A stretch of DNA of 64,000 nt, taken from assembly GCA_036172245.1 (NCBI GenBank), contig JAYWIR010000013.1, positions 2,108,001-2,172,000 of the forward strand, in the 5' to 3' direction. A program made the position numbers and the translations under genes. Shown piece after piece: positions 34,880-49,049 of the stretch. Below the pieces are notes generated by a model. That model searched no databases, had not been told where the DNA came from, and saw only the letters and a program-made list of their open reading frames with translations. How positions within the stretch are numbered: the first letter of the stretch is position 1; each line of letters opens with the position of its first letter. This stretch comes from Raillietiella orientalis (lineage: Eukaryota).

Positions 34880-37300
34880 TGATGAAGCGATGTGCCCGTG
34901 GAGTAAATCATCGTGAAGCGTTACGTGAAACGAGAACCGCGTGACAAATCTGCGCTCGTTCATCAGCAAGTCCGACCCACCGGGGAGGATGACAAACTGT
35001 CAGAAGACGCACAAAGGCTGGCCAATGAGTCCGGCACGTTTACCACTGGCAACTGCCTCCAAACGACTCACCTGTCCATACAACACGGTAAAGAAATTAG
35101 CAAAGGAAACGCTCAGAGAAGTGGTCCATAAAAGAATCTTCGAACCAGCGACGGACGAAAATCTCGGGGATTTCCTCCAGGAGATCCGCACAACGCAACA
35201 GGAACGCCAAGAGTCTTTGGGCAAAAGGAAGGAGGGCCTCAAGAAGAACAAAAGCCCTCTGGATATTCAACAATGGGAAACCCACCATAACGGTCGCCGG
35301 CGTCATCTTCAGCGGCAGCACGAGGAGGAAGGTTACCTCCAGCGTAGGAGCACTGCAGAGAGAGCACACATGGCAATCCCTAATTCAAAAACACATGAGT
35401 CAGGGGTAAGCCATGCAGTGTGTGAGCATGCACCACGCCTCAAGTCTCTTCCTCGCCAACGGAAGTCACCTGAGATTCGAGGACTACAAATTCATCCACG
35501 CATCCAGACTAAACATGCTACCAGTCAGGGCAGTCAGGGCTCTATGTGGAGCGCAGATCCAGGAGCCAAGCGCGGAACAGGTACGATGTTTCCTGTACTC
35601 GCGTAACAGCTGCACGCTCTGGGAGATCCTGGAAGATCCCGCGAAGAGTGCATGGGAAAACAGAACCTCCTTCCCCGCCGCGCTGCCCTCCTTTAGAGAG
35701 CACACGGACAGCAGCCTTACGGCTAGATGGGAGGTTATCGTGGAAATCTCCGGAAAAAGAAGAGGACTGGAAGAGTGGACGATGAACCAGCTCACCGACG
35801 CTGCGACCCGAATCGCTCGACCTCATGGACTTTTGCGCTGGGGTGTGCTACTGGGTATTCCGGAGGAAGACCTGCAGTGGCCCCCGGTGCTCATGAACAC
35901 CCGCACCTTCCCCTTAAACTAGCACAAGTCGACATTGATGCTGCTGCACTGGGACCTCTTGTGCAATGCCCGCCGGCATCATTGGACACGGGGTGGTGTG
36001 GATCCAGACTGTGTAAGGTGTGGGAGCAGAAATCCCTTCCGCACCTTCTAGTGCACTGCCCCTTTGGGAGCGCTTTGCCGCGACCTTGCGGATCCCCGAC
36101 AACCCCAGAAGCGTTTTGAAGCGCCTGTTCGTGATCGACGCCCTCACGCCGGCCGCATCCCTAGCAGCACTCTGCTGCCTACGCGGCGGGACCGTGGTTG
36201 CTTGGAGTAGCAACGCTAGAGGAGGCCAGGACGACAGGAACGCCACCCATTTTGCTGTCCTCTTTATGAGGACAGCGTCGAGATGGCTCCATCTGGGAGT
36301 CTTGAAACAGGAACTCGCTGGCATCCTTAAAAGGATCCAGAGGACACCCTCCAGCACACAGTGGCCCTTCCCGAACCCCTCATTTTTTTCATTGTTTTTT
36401 GTTTGATTTTTATTTCTTTTTGTTTGTGTCTTTCCCTGTGCTGCCGAGGCAAAGTCCGCTGGCCTGCGTGGCAGTTCCCAGCAGGTTCCTTTCGTAGTTA
36501 TAAGTAACGTGGCAGGATCAAACGTCCTGCCACAGACGTAAGTTTATTTTATCAATAAATGCCCCGGATTGACCGGATGTCAACTAGTCAGGATTGGAAC
36601 CAAGATGAAGCGGGAAGAACTCGCGTGTCGGCGCTGCCGGACAGAAGACGAGACGTTGTCTCACATACAAAACGTTCCTCTGTTCCTGGCACGCCGCAAC
36701 GCGATTCAAGAGATAATCGAAAAGGCTGTAGTGGATGAAACGAAATGGACCCTTGTGTCCAGCAACCAGGAAGTTCCAAGAACTTCCCTCTTAAAACCGA
36801 ATTGGGTAATAGGAAAAGGAAACCGGGTATTCGTTCTGGACGCCTACGAAAATGGGAGAGAGGCGTTCAGCGCAGCCAGAAGAAGCAAAGAGGAAAAATA
36901 CAAGGAAGTAGCCCTCCGGCTGGACAACGAGGGAAAGCAACGCAAGGTACACGCATTTATCGTTGGCTCTCTGGGAGCCTGGGATCCAGGAAATGAGTAA
37001 GTACTGCAAGATCTGGGAATTTCGAGGAAGGAATTGGTGACAATGAGGCACCGGATGGTGGCCTCGTGCATCCGGTACTCCAGCGACATCTATGCAGTCC
37101 ATGCGCCATGGAAAGGCCACAACCGGCCGGAGAACCCCACCTGTTAGCTCTTACTATACGGAAGATAGGAAGCGGAGGAAGCAACATGATGAGGGGCGAC
37201 CTAGTGCCCCAGATAAACAGAGGAAGAACTGAGGAAGGATCTCCAGACCCCCCCCCCTCCCTGTAACCAGTTATGTAACTGTAAATATGAACAATGAAAC
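34880..37300 (+). mobile_element. 5'-truncated NeSL/Utopia-clade (RLE) non-LTR retrotransposon, split by a nested insertion at 35530-36583
   Basis: KRLTCPYNTVKKLA..VVHKRI..DFL; SQG..SSLFL..G.HLRFEDYKFIHASRLNMLPVR; CRRC..DETLSHI..RRNAIQ..KPNWVI..YENGREAFSAAR..KEEKY..AFIVGSLGAWDPGNE..LGI..MVASCIRYSSDIY. This is the CCHC plus PD-D-K restriction-like endonuclease region typical of NeSL/Utopia, with stops and deletions. Confidence 0.85.
35530..36583 (+). mobile_element. 5'-truncated Tx1/L1-like copy nested in the Utopia-like element
   Basis: ARWEV..GLEEWTMNQLTDAAT..GLLRWG..PEEDLQWPPVLMNTRTFP, CVRC../HLLVHC, LWERFAATL, ALCCLR, RWLHL..ELAGILKR. Flanked by C[C/T]AGTCAGG at 35521-35529 and 36584-36592. 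Confidence 0.82.
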
Positions 37301-39729
37301 GCCACCCGCAGCCGCGGAAGGACGCTCGCGACGCAGGGGCGGTCCCGCCGCAGGCATCGCCAGCGAAAATTCGCACCGTCCAGCGCAACGAATCGAACGA
37401 ACTTCGAGAGCGTCTACAAGTCGCCACGAGGGGAACACTTGAATCATTTCTCCCAGAAAGTGCCAAGTAATCTCCAGGCCTCTTATGTGCTGCCCATTCT
37501 TGCAGCCATTGGGCCGTTCCCCTCCCCTCGTCCGTTCCCAAGTAAATGATGCTGCAGTACGTCATCAGCGAGAACAAGTCGAGAATGAAAATCCATCCGA
37601 ATTTTACCCTGGAGGTGTGCTTGTCTCTTTTCTATTTCGGATCTGAATGTGCACCCTTGCAAGGGATACCAACATGGGAGCACACACAGCGTTGAGAGCA
37701 TCCACACTCGGCTTAAAGATGTTTCAGGAAAGAAAAAAAGGAAGAAATGGAAGAGAGCAGCCCTCGGTACTGCGTGGACGTATATTTGTCCAGCCTCCTT
37801 GTGAATATTTGTTATTATTAAAGATGCAATGCCTCTGCTACGTCACGAAAATAGCGAAAAGGAGATCGGTTTATTTATTCATTTAATGAAAACAACGGTC
37901 AGTTCATCAGTCAAGCTGACCGACCACGCCTTTGGATGCAGCACGATATTCGCGTAAGGATTTACAAAGACGCCGTGGACTTGAAGATCCAGGGCGGCTG
38001 GAGTCGCAGCAAGTTGCGAGCTCTTCGGAAGAGACACGCCTCGCAACGGTGGCAAATTCTTGCAGTCGGTCCACAGTCTCAGCTGGTGGATGCAATCGCC
38101 AGAATTTCGTGGATTCCTCGGGCTGTGGCCGCAGGGCATTTTCGAAAAGCGAAAGAAAGAGGGTAATCGAGATTGTTCGTCGCCTGAATGTTGGGAAGCG
38201 AACAGGAGAAACAAAGAAACGCATCCAAATTGAGTTTTCGTATTCATGTTGGTCGTTTTGCCCCCGGCATCTTCCCTGTTTCGGAATGTCGCTCATTCCA
38301 GAAAACCACGGGTCGCACCATCCGATTTCATGTTTGGGTTTCTTCTCTGCAAGAGGGACAATTCCGGAAAACTTACGAAGCCCTGATGCAAAATGAAGCT
38401 AAGAATGTGGGGCACGTGCCCATTTATTCAAAATCGCCTTATTTATAAAAAAAAAAAAAGAAGTAAATAATGCTGCGTAGATGTTTTCATGGACTGAATT
38501 AACAAAGGGAAAAGCAGATGACCATTTGGAAAGCAGTGTAAGAACACATTTTCAAAGTCCATTGAAGTGTCACGGTACTCTTACATTACCATTGGGATAC
38601 AACCTAAATTTAAACTGGAGTTAGTGCACAGGTGAAATGTGGAGAATGAGAGCACCTGACTATGTAGAGAGGGGAGAGTATATCTCGAAGATGCGTGTCA
38701 AAAATGAAATAACCCTTCGCCATACTTTAGTAGTCATTAGTAACGATCGCTTCAATCTTTGGTGATGATCCTCATAAGAAGTGGGAATTCTTGAGGGATT
38801 TTTGCCTACCTGGCACTATGGACGTTGATGTTACGAATGGAGATAAATAACAATTGAACACCAAAAGAAACACACACTACACACCTGCATGCCTGCGTGC
38901 GTGCAGGTGCACGTTTGTAAAACGAGTGCATGGGCAAGCCTGAAAATTCAACCAGCATTCTGGAGGAGATTGTCGCATGCAGGCTTCTCAGACTCACTCC
39001 GGTGGTTAACTTTCGATCTTGCGGATTATTTCAGACGCTTCGAATGGAAGCACCGAAATGAAAGCACGAATGACAGCGCCATCTCGATGGTGGGGTGGGT
39101 GCGTGTGGTAGTCGAACGAGGAAAAGGGCATCCCGAAAAAAAATCAAAATAAATACTCGAGTGCACAAAACATTCCGTTTTTCTCTTGAGTGTCTACGTC
39201 GAGGGTAGCTGCTCTCTGAGACACGCCTGATCTTGACATTGTGCAATGGCTGATTTTCCTGAACGAGCTAGAGTTTTTCTCCTCTTTCTTGGGATAGAGA
39301 ACAGGCTGGAGGGGAAGAGAGTAGGAAAAAAACAAAACAAAAAGGGATGAGATGGAGAATTGTGCTCTGTTTCACAAAAGCAAAAAGGTCACTCTGGTAA
39401 AACATTCTTCCTTCCTAAAAGGGACTTGATAAAGTATAATTAAATAAAATCTAGAAGCTACATGGAAGTCCGTGAAAGAAGAAAGTAAATCTGGTAACCT
39501 TCCATGCCTAGGACTTGAGAATATTCCCACCAACATGAAACCACTAACCTCCTCCATTCTCATTGAGAGAAGTTGGGAAAATTGAGAAAATGGAAAATTT
39601 ACTCTCTACTTTGACTGCTCTGTTCCTCTTTCCCGGAAATGATGTCATAACCAAATAAGTCCCTTCCCACCCATGCTTAGGAATTTCTTGTGTGGCATCC
39701 AAAAGTTTCCAACTGTGGGCTTTCATATA

Positions 39730-41130
39730 GCGAATGGTTGGGCGCACCCAGCCATGACGCGAACGAATACACAGCTGCAAGATAATTCATGCACTATTAT
39801 TCTTGATGTACCAGACGGTCAAGGTGTTTGACACAAACCCCGTGGAGCACCCGAAACGATGTCTCGAGGGATGGAAGCCGGGTCCGTTATTGTCGTGCCA
39901 AGCCCAAGTGATTTGCGTTCTTGGAGACCCGTCAAACCGTCTAGAACTTTCTCAACCAGGCTCTTACTCCGCGTGCTTCGATTCCTTTACTTGAAGAATG
40001 CGCTGGAGGAAAACCTGGATACATGAGCATTCGAATGCACCGCGTAAATCGGTGTGTCCTTTCCCGGAACATCCTTGGTCTCGAGTTCTTGTGCTCTCCA
40101 ACAGAAGACGGACTCTCGGGAAATAGGGCAGTCGCCCGCATCAGTCAAAAAAAACTCCCGCAATTGGGGATGGAGTTGGGAGGAAATTCATCTCCGGAAT
40201 TTCATCCCGGCAACGGCAAGGTCTGCCGAGGACTCGTACATTTGCAACGCAAACAAAAGTGATCGAATAGATGAATGACCATAGCAGGAAAAGAGATGGC
40301 GATGGTAGTAAACTCTCCTCGCGTTTAGACGTACCTTGCGCGCGCGGCTAGACCTGGCCCGTTCCCGTCTCAGCGCTTGGGTCATTCGATGGAAGCAGGA
40401 CAGCCGCTCTCCGGGACCTTCAAGAGGAGATGCCTCATCCGGTTGCTGCAAGAGTGCTGATAGGAGGATCTCCACGTTCAGACTGGTCATGCGAGCATCC
40501 CCGAAGGCACCCGACGAAGGTACCAAGACGGAGGAAGCGGACGAAACACGCGTAAGGTCATCCCATGTTTGGGAAGGTTTCGCGCCTCGGCCGCTGGCAG
40601 ATAGGAAGCGACGGCGTTTCGCGTCTCCGCGGACGGGAAGGAAGAACTGTTGCACCGGGACCTCCCGTGCAACGCACACCAACATCCCTGGGCCTGGGGG
40701 GTGAGGGATGATCCCGGACTGTCGCAGGTGCGGGGAACGGGAATCCCTCCTGCACCTGCTTGTGGACTGCACTACCCTCCGACCCCTGTGGGGGCGTTTC
40801 GGAGCGACCCTCCCGATCCCGGATGGCAGCTCCAAGGACGTCTTACGGCTCCTCTTCGCGCGTCGCGCCCTGCAGCCAGCCGCAGTCCCAGCAGCGCTCT
40901 GCTGCATCCGCGGGATTGCGGCGACCTGGAGTAAAGCTAACAGAGGGACACTGTCCATTTCGATTTCTGCGGATGGCGGTACCAAATGGTCCTACCTGGA
41001 ACCTATTCGGATGGACCTAACCGGCATCCTGGAAAGGATGAAGACTCCCTGCAGAGGACAGGGATCCCTTCCCGGCCCTCTTAAAGATTCTTATTTACCC
41101 TTTCTTTTTCTTTTTGTTTTTTCCCTCCCC
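39730..41130 (+). mobile_element. Tx1/L1-like relic, RT remnants plus C-terminus
   Basis: KVFDT..LEGWKPGP (KAFD..FGFGP), NANKS and RLSAW, then the well-preserved CRRCGERESLLHLLVDCTTLRPLWGRF..ALCCIRGI..KWSYL..DLTGILER. Confidence 0.75.
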
Positions 41131-41139
41131 CTCCGCTAC

Positions 41140-44100
41140 CGAGGTGATCCTCGCCGGCCTGCGCACCGGCGACCCGACAGCTCTACTGTGGGATCGGTCG
41201 TGGTGGTCCACGGCATCACGGCAGCTACGAGTTGGTCCTTTGAAATGAATACCCCAGCGTGAACGAGTGGCAACGGGAAGGGAGGAACACGGGACGATGA
41301 GCGACTGAGAAGGCGCTCGAAGGTGCACAGCGTTACATCCAGCCACTGGCAGATGCTATGCATTCGTGCTGGACCACGGCTCTCTGCACCCAGAGGCGGA
41401 AGTCAGGAGGCACCCTCGCTGGCGGGCGAGCGAGCGTGCGCGGGCTGCGTGAAAGCAAAGGAGACCAAGGTGGTCGCTTCCCTACCTGACGGAGGATGCG
41501 CTGGCGATCCCGGCGCGCGTTCGATGCTGAGGACGAGGTGGACCCGCTCCTCTGTCGCAGAGAGCCGATTCCTCCGCGAGGACGATGCTACGAAGCGAGC
41601 CCGTGGAGTGGAAGGAGACGAGAACCGTGGAAGGAGCGCCATTTTGCATCCGGTTGACGCAACCCTTGGCTCCCGGAGAGCTGGAAGAGCGGCGTTTCCG
41701 GGGTGATGCTAGCCGCGCGTAGGAGGCTCGCGAGAGAGCCTCCAACCTCTTTCCGCACGAGCAGCCCCCGAGAAGAGTTCACGCCGACAGAGCGCCGGCA
41801 CCACTTCGGAGGCCGTGCCGGAGTCCAGGGATGCGGACGGGACGGACCGTGGCTCTCGGGCTAACTGGGGAGATTAGGGCCGAGTCGGTTCGTGGAGGGA
41901 GGACCAGGAGACGGCGATCAGGAAGGAAGCTGCGTGCCGCTGCACCCAGGAGACGACGCTGGCGCAAAACCGCGCGGCACCGCTCCCGAGAACGAGGACG
42001 TGCTGACCTGGACGGGCACCTGGAGCGGGGAGAGCGTCCCGGAACTTCCCCTCCGCAGCGAAGGCAGTCCTTCCGCGACCGGAGAGGGAAGCTTCCTCCT
42101 GCGTCCGTACGAGGACGCCGCAGGGAAGCGCTCCCATCGCGCAGGCTGTCCCCGGGACGCTCACGTCAGATTCGGACAGCCCTCCGTCCGCGTCGGCGTC
42201 GTCGCATCGATCCGGCAGGAGCGACTTCCGGGTCGGAAGACGCATGGGCGCGGAGGGGACTTCCGCGCCGTGACGGCAGCGGCCGGGAGAGCGCCGTCGG
42301 AGGGAGCGGGCGGAGGGACCAGGCGATGACGAGGCGAGTCCCGACAAGTGCCTGGGGGAACTTTGCACCCGGCCATTCCGAGGGGCGCGGTGGGCGATCG
42401 GAGCTCCCCAAAAGGAGCCCCTCTCGGGAGCTGCGCCTTCGGCTTCCGACGCGGTTTTTGCGGTCAGGTCGATGACCACCTTCCAGGAAGGAGGAAGGAG
42501 GAACGGCTGGGGTCGCGCTTCCTACAATCCTGCGGAGCGGGATGGAGAAGCACTTCCTCTTCCCACTCTTCCCTGCGCATCCGCAGGACCTCGTTCCTTA
42601 GTGCGTGGGAGGCGCATGCTTCGCGCTTCACAGGCGTCCGTGGGAAGGACCACACTTCCGGTGGACCGGAAATGCGGTCTCTCCTCCCCCCCCCCCAGCG
42701 CAATGCGATAAGCCCTAAGAGCGCGGATCCCCAGCTACGAGGGACTCACGCCTCTCACGATGTGGCGGTGCGCTCGACGCGTACCGAGGCGCAAGCGACG
42801 CGTCTGCGTAGACGTAGGTCGGCACGCAGCTGATCGGCCGACCCCGACTGGCTGACTGCGACGTGCGGCGCGGTTGGGGTTCGAATGGAGACGGCGGCCC
42901 GGCGAGTTGACGGGCAAGGGAAATCACGGAGGGGACCTCGGCGGGACCGACAGACACTGCCAAAAACTCCCAACGTTCCCTGGGCCTCGGACGGTGCGCC
43001 CCCGAAGGGGGAAGCGCGCGCTCGCAAGGTTACGGGGAGGCCTTCCCAGGCCGAGTCCCGTCGGGCCACCGGCAGCGCGGCGGCAGGCCGTGCGCGCCAG
43101 GACTCATTGCGTTTCGCTTCCCGGATCCGCCCTTTTGGACTCCTCACTCATCACGAGGGCGCGGCTCCTCAAAGGGACCGGCGGCCCGACACCAGAGGCG
43201 GGAGTCCGGTCGCCTCCGGACGACCTTCCTGATGTGAAAGCCGGTGACCGAAATCGCCGCCGGTCAACATCTTGCAAAACGACGTTCCTGAACTTCTGTT
43301 GGATGTCTTCCGGCAGCGACCCTGGAGAGGGGCGCACCGCGGAATGGCGGGCAGACCGTCTTTTGCGCCACCCCTCAGGGATGCGAAGTGTCCGGCCGTA
43401 AAGCGCCGCATCTTGGCGAAACCTTGGCGACGGATGGACGGCAGAAGATCCTGGGTCGGCGGTGCGGGACTGCCAGCAGTGCATCCTCTTGGACGAACGG
43501 CTGAGATGCCCACATCCCCCTCGCACGTCTGCCGGGATGAATAATCCCGGTCTGAAGAGAGGTCAACTGTCGTTCCCGGTAGATGGCTCGTGATGCGTCG
43601 CTTTGCCCCGAGCAGAAAACCTCTGAAGGGCGCCTCCCCGAAGGGTGCGCTTCTGACACTGCGGACGAGCGACCCTCGAGGAGGGAGGAGTTTCGCCCCA
43701 TTTTCACAAAAGATTTCGGAGTGTCGACTTCCGATCCCGGCCAGTCGACGAAAGCATCCAGTTTTATCAGCGTTGCATCCGAGCATGCGCCAACCAGTGC
43801 CATCCTGCGGAGGAAAGGGGGAGAGGAGCTCCCTCGGAACCCACGACGCAGCAGCCCCCATTTCTCGGCGCCGACCCTCCTCCCTCCCCTGGCGAAATTC
43901 GAACGCGCGACGTTCAGCGCAGCAATGCGGACCGCCGACACAGGCGCCATCTGCGCGCGAGGAGGAATTACTATGACTTTCCAGGGTGTCCAGGACGAGT
44001 GCCCGCAGGTTTGAGGGAGGACTCAACTCTGCTCAGTGGTACCCCCACCACTGGAAGATGGGGTCGCAGCAAGGGGAGTGAGGAAACTGGTCGCGAGGAA

Positions 44101-44400
44101 CCTGGCGACGTTTGCAGCTTCTCTTCAGACTCTTCCGTGCCTCTTTTTTTCGGTTTTGTTTTCCCGCCAGGCACGCAGCAGAAGCGCCAATCTGTCCGTC
44201 TGAAGAATTCCGTTTGTGCCCTCGAAGGTGTCTTTCGCCCTGATTTCCCAGCTCTGCCGCAGTCGCGGGCAGACGACGGCCGGGATCTCTGCCCGCAATG
44301 GGTGCGTCCATCTAGGAGTGGAACTCTAAGGAAGGTCGGAATGGGCTGCGAGGTGCGATCTTCGCGCGTTCCCATGGCAGCGCGGAAGATGAAGATTCGG
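41140..44400 (-). mobile_element. Degraded non-LTR relic (ORF1/APE/linker)
   Basis: ORF1-like segment matching about 18200 (+), and FISKDQLVAAV (linker). Very degenerate. Confidence 0.35.
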
Positions 44401-44599
44401 CGCGTCTCCTTGCCGATTCCGCTTTGCATACATTTTCTCAGAAAGAAGCGAATCTCCAAAATCCTCGCTACAGGGCGAGCAGCCCTAAGAAGAAAAAAAA
44501 AGCGTGGAAATGACCAGTGCTTTCGCGTGCAGCGGCCAAAGTCCCCTAAAAAAAAAAGTGCTTTTGCAACCGTGGACGACGACGATGAAAAGGGAAGCA

Positions 44600-45880
44600 A
44601 AGGATTTTTTGGTCACAACGCACTGTAGAAGTTGGGAGCAACTCGCAAGGACTTTACGCTGTTCCCGACCTAAAAGGTGAAGTTTGGAATGGACAAACGC
44701 TGTCGTTCCGAGCCCCGCCAATCGTCTCGCATCGTTTCGAACGGGATGCGTGAAATGAACTCTGGTACTTTTGAAACGCAGGGATGCTGTCTTTCATCAA
44801 CTGGTGGAGTGGAACAACGTTAATCTCAAGTGTATTTGCCCGTTGTGACGCCGCCGAGCCTGCGCCGTGAGCTGTTGTAGGATCCGTGGATCAATAAGGA
44901 CCGCTGCAGTAGCCATGCTTGCCAACTTCAGAGAAGGCGTAGAGCCTCCTCTGATGTCAGGGTCTCAAATCACCTACTTAAACAGTGTGTGTGTGTGTGT
45001 TTGAATGAATTTCGAATCTTCCGATGGACACGTATACGGGCTCAGAAAGAGGAGCATTTTCGAATGGAGGAAGCTCATTCCTCGCACGCTGCTCTTCTGG
45101 ATGAATCGTTTCAACCTGTTCTGCTCCAGCGAAATGGCATTCCGCTTGCGAACCCCCCCCCCCCCTTCCCGCCTTGGTATGGAATCATAACTCGCAGGTG
45201 TTGCTGCTACTCCTGCCCAATGGGAAAGCAACGTTAGTTCGAACCGGTGTTTCGCGGAACATTCTCTGGGGACAGAACACTCGCTGCGGGGGATTTTCTC
45301 GAAAAGCAGGCGCCGTGCACGCGACTGGAGAAAGGACAAGACATCGTGTTCGACCAAAGTGAGGCCCGATGAGAGCGTTCGTTCGGAACCATCCCACGTG
45401 CTGGAATTCCCAGCAACCAGTCCCGGCTTCCCTGAGTCCCGAACTGAGATTCTCGAAAAGATTTGCCGCCTCTGGTCGGAAACCTTCACTTTACTTGTTG
45501 GCAACGGATCCCCCAACGACGACCACGATCCACACTCAGAAACAAACTATCGATTTAGGGATTCTTCCTTGGAAATCCTTGTAGGAAGTCCTTAATCATC
45601 CTTTCAGAATTCCAACGCAATCTCAGGCATTGCTCGTTTCTCCAGAACGTCTGCATTAACTTCACCTCAAGAGCGTCCTGTTTGTCTGGGACGTTTCGCT
45701 GGTTGGCAAGGGAGCTACCACTGACGAAAGTCACAAGAGCCCAGATGAAGCTCGACCGGAGCGTTCCTTTCCACTCTACGTTTCACTGATGGAAAAGCAT
45801 CCTGAAGATCAAAATTCTGTGCGCCGGACCAAAGGAAATTTCTGTAGCCATCGAAAGCATCACGCGTCAGCGAGACCGCG
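44600..45880 (-). mobile_element. Degraded APE-region relic
   Basis: ADVLEK, GKPGLVAGN (PLILGGDFN) and KHRFEL (SRIDR) remnants in order. Confidence 0.35.
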
Positions 45881-46029
45881 ACTCACCAGGGCGCCGTCGA
45901 GCCATTGCTCCTGTCTTGCCACCTTCTGTGCAAAGCTCGTGTTGGTTCGAATGTTATCCTGCTAGTTTCTGAAGAAATTGAAAGATGGCGCAAGAGCAGC
46001 CCCAAAGCGTTCGTGCGACGCACTCCCTG

Positions 46030-48900
46030 AACTCGTAAAAGGAAACATAGAGGGTGGGTGGGTAGGCAGGGGGGGGGGACAAGAGCTGCCTTCAAGGCCG
46101 TAGGCCAGCCTCCAGTGCACGTCTTGAGGCCATGAACTCTTACCCCTGAGGGGGGAATCTTTTCCTGGAAGCACAGGAGGCACTGCCGCTCCTCGAGAGC
46201 ACTCGGCAACTACCACCTCCTGCCACCTTGTCGGACTCCGTAGGGAGGGGGGTTCCTATTTCAGGGCGGACTCTGACACGTGCTCTGCGGAGTCCGGGAA
46301 GCATCTTTGCTCTCCGTGTGCCTTTTCGGCTGCCGCTAAGCTTGTGTCGGCCAGCAGCACCGTGAGTCTAAAGGCGCCCACGCGCAAGAGTGTAGACGCA
46401 AAGAACGCAGGGACAGACTACCACGATTGGGAGGGACTTTGCGATGCAACGAAGAGAATGGCTGGATCGATAAGATTTGGGACCGAATGAGAGGAGTGTT
46501 CGATGGGAAGAGTCCCCAGGGGGTTCATGGGAACACCTCTGGGAACCGCTCCTCGACGAAGGATTCTGGCAGTGGCTGGTGACGTGTGGGATCGAAAACG
46601 GCGATGCGCCATCAGATCAGGACGACGCCGGCGCCGCATCTATCTTCGGGTCAGAACGAGCACTCGATGTTGGAACCATCGCTACCACCGCAAGCTTCCG
46701 AAGCTCGCGCCGGCCACAACATGGCGCAACCCGTTCAGGAGGAATATGGGACGCTGCCCCGGACGCCTCAGAAAGTGGCTCCCTGAAGCCTCGTCAGGAC
46801 AGACCCCGACACGCACAGGAGCGTTCCGGAAAAGCGTGCGTGCAGAGTTGACGTGAGGCGTTCTCGGGACCGTGGGGGCGTGGCCGCCGACCCCACACGA
46901 AGGAGAGGAATCCTCCTCCCGAGCGTTCCGGAACCCTCGGAATCCTCTCATGCAGCCACCCCTTTGTCATCCTTCCCTTTCTTCTTTGGCAACACCGCCG
47001 TCGGGGAAAAACCCCTCTTGGAGACCTCAGCTTCTCAAAGAGAACTCTGTTGGCTGCCAAGGAAACAGAGAGCTGTGGCATCCTCCTCGAGAGAGTTTCT
47101 TCTCCCCCCTCTTCCTATAGGAAGAGAAAACATCTCTTACGAAAGATGCTGGGAACTTTCCAGGCGGACGAAGCCCCAGGAGTGCAGCCTAGATGGGGAC
47201 ATCTTCCTCAGTCCTGGGAGTAAGAAGAGGAAAGGAAGGTGAATGCCAACCTAGTCCTGGGGATAGGGAGTCAAGATGGTCCTTTCTGCAGATCAACCAC
47301 TGCGGTTCAGATTGACCTCTGCGATACACCCCCGTCTGGTCACACAAAAAGCATGCTGGCGGGGAACTTCGCCTGGAAAGGGGGGTTCCCCACCATTTCA
47401 GGCGATCAGGTCATCCCCTGTTTCCTCCGGACGAGTCTGGGACTCTCCTGGAGACGACTTCGTCGGAGGAATCGTGGACCAACCAGCGCTCCCTTCTTGG
47501 AGGCGTCTGCTGCCGGAGCTGCTTGAACTGGTCTCCCTGGTGGCCTCGTCAGACGCCAGCATCCCTTCGGGGGAAGGCAGAAGGGCGCCTGACCTACCCT
47601 CGCTGCTGGGTCTCTCCCGGAGCCTCTGCTAAGCTCTCGAAGGGGCGGGCGGAAACGGCCCAGCGCGACTGCCTTCCCTTCGTCCTGGGGCACCGGGGTG
47701 GACCAGCGGTAGATTAGCATCCACCACTGGCCGAGAACGGCTGGTCAGGGTCGCCACCAGCTCACCGGAAGCCTCCTCTCTCCGGCCACGACCAGTGCGT
47801 CGCTGGTCACATTGGGAGGCCGATGCAGAGGTCCATTGAGGAGTTATTCCCGTGCCACGCGCCTCTCATCATCCCTGGCGCGGTGACGCTCGCAGGGGCG
47901 ACGGCACGCTGACGGTGCGGGCGACCCCGCCGAAAGGACTCGAGCTCTTCCCGTCGAGGGAAGGTCGCACCCGTCGCGCGCGGCATTGGGGCGCACCCTC
48001 CTTCTCGTAAGAGGCTCCATGCTACCCGGAGCTCCCAGGCCAGAGGTCGTCCCCCTTCTGCGTGGTTATCGAAGTCGCTCAGCGGCATCCGATCGCGGCC
48101 GGCCGAACAACCGGTTCCGCTCTGCACCGGAGGTTGCATCAGGAGGGAGCGAGAGGCCTCTGAGGCGACCTGCCCCACCGACCACCTTTTCTCCGGCGTC
48201 AGCACAGCACGCACGCGCCTTCCACGTGCCCCGAAGGCGTGGCGCAGCAGGGAAAGGGAGGGCGTCCCCGCCCCGCCTTTTCAGCGAAACCACGGACCCA
48301 CTGCTCCCCTCCCAGACACCTCGAGTCGAGCCCTCCGGGTCCCGTTGGGTGTCTGCGTCCCTAAAGCGAATCGAAGGAGGTGCTCCTTGGACTTCCTCAC
48401 TTTAGCACCGGGAGCAGCTCGGATTGCAGATTTCCCTTTTCTTCCTCCTCGCAGCTCCTCTCCCTTCCGCCGTCTCCCGCTATCGAGAGATGCCCGCCCC
48501 GTCGAGAGCAACGAGAACGACAAACAGGAGTTCCCTTGGCTCTGGTGCACTCCGCTTCCGGCGTTTCTTCCTCGTCCCCCCCGCCTGGAGCCGGAGAAGC
48601 CGCGCACTCGCGCAGGCACAGGCGGATGCCGGCTGCGCCAGGTGTGGGTGCTGCCGCCCCGTGGCAGCGCAGGCGCGCTGCGGAACGCCACCCTCCTCCG
48701 GTCCGCCGCGAGCTCCCGCTTCTCACAAAGGGGAAGAGGAGTCAGGAGCGCCCGATGCAATCCCCGGGAGCACTGCGTCGGCCCTCCGGAGAAGGGGAAA
48801 GGTGGAGGTCGCAGAGTGCTCCTGACCTGTCATCTGGCGGCTTTCGTACGAGCTGCAAAGTAGTTCAGAGAAGATACCGCCAGATGGGGGTGGAGACTCG
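46030..48900 (-). mobile_element. Degraded Tx1/L1-like relic (RT thumb to C-terminus)
   Basis: RVGQAPFCLP.. followed by a frameshifted RRDAGV (cf. LCLP..GGLG), and WPQDVHWRLA resembling HLPQDVRREIA of the 13-kb copy. Confidence 0.42.
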
Positions 48901-49049
48901 GAGGCCGATCCAGTCAGCTTGTCCGTTGATCCCCGAGGGTTTCTCTTTGTTCCTCCCCTTCTCCTACTTTCCCCCATCCCACCCCACCCCGTGCCCACTC
49001 AAAGAGGAATAGAGGGAGGAGTCTCCTCCCTCCCCCCTCCTTCGTCACC

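Noticed and set aside
37300..39700. Possible host exons between TE relics
   Set aside because: Some AG/GT-bounded segments exist, but there is no recognisable protein or coherent frame.
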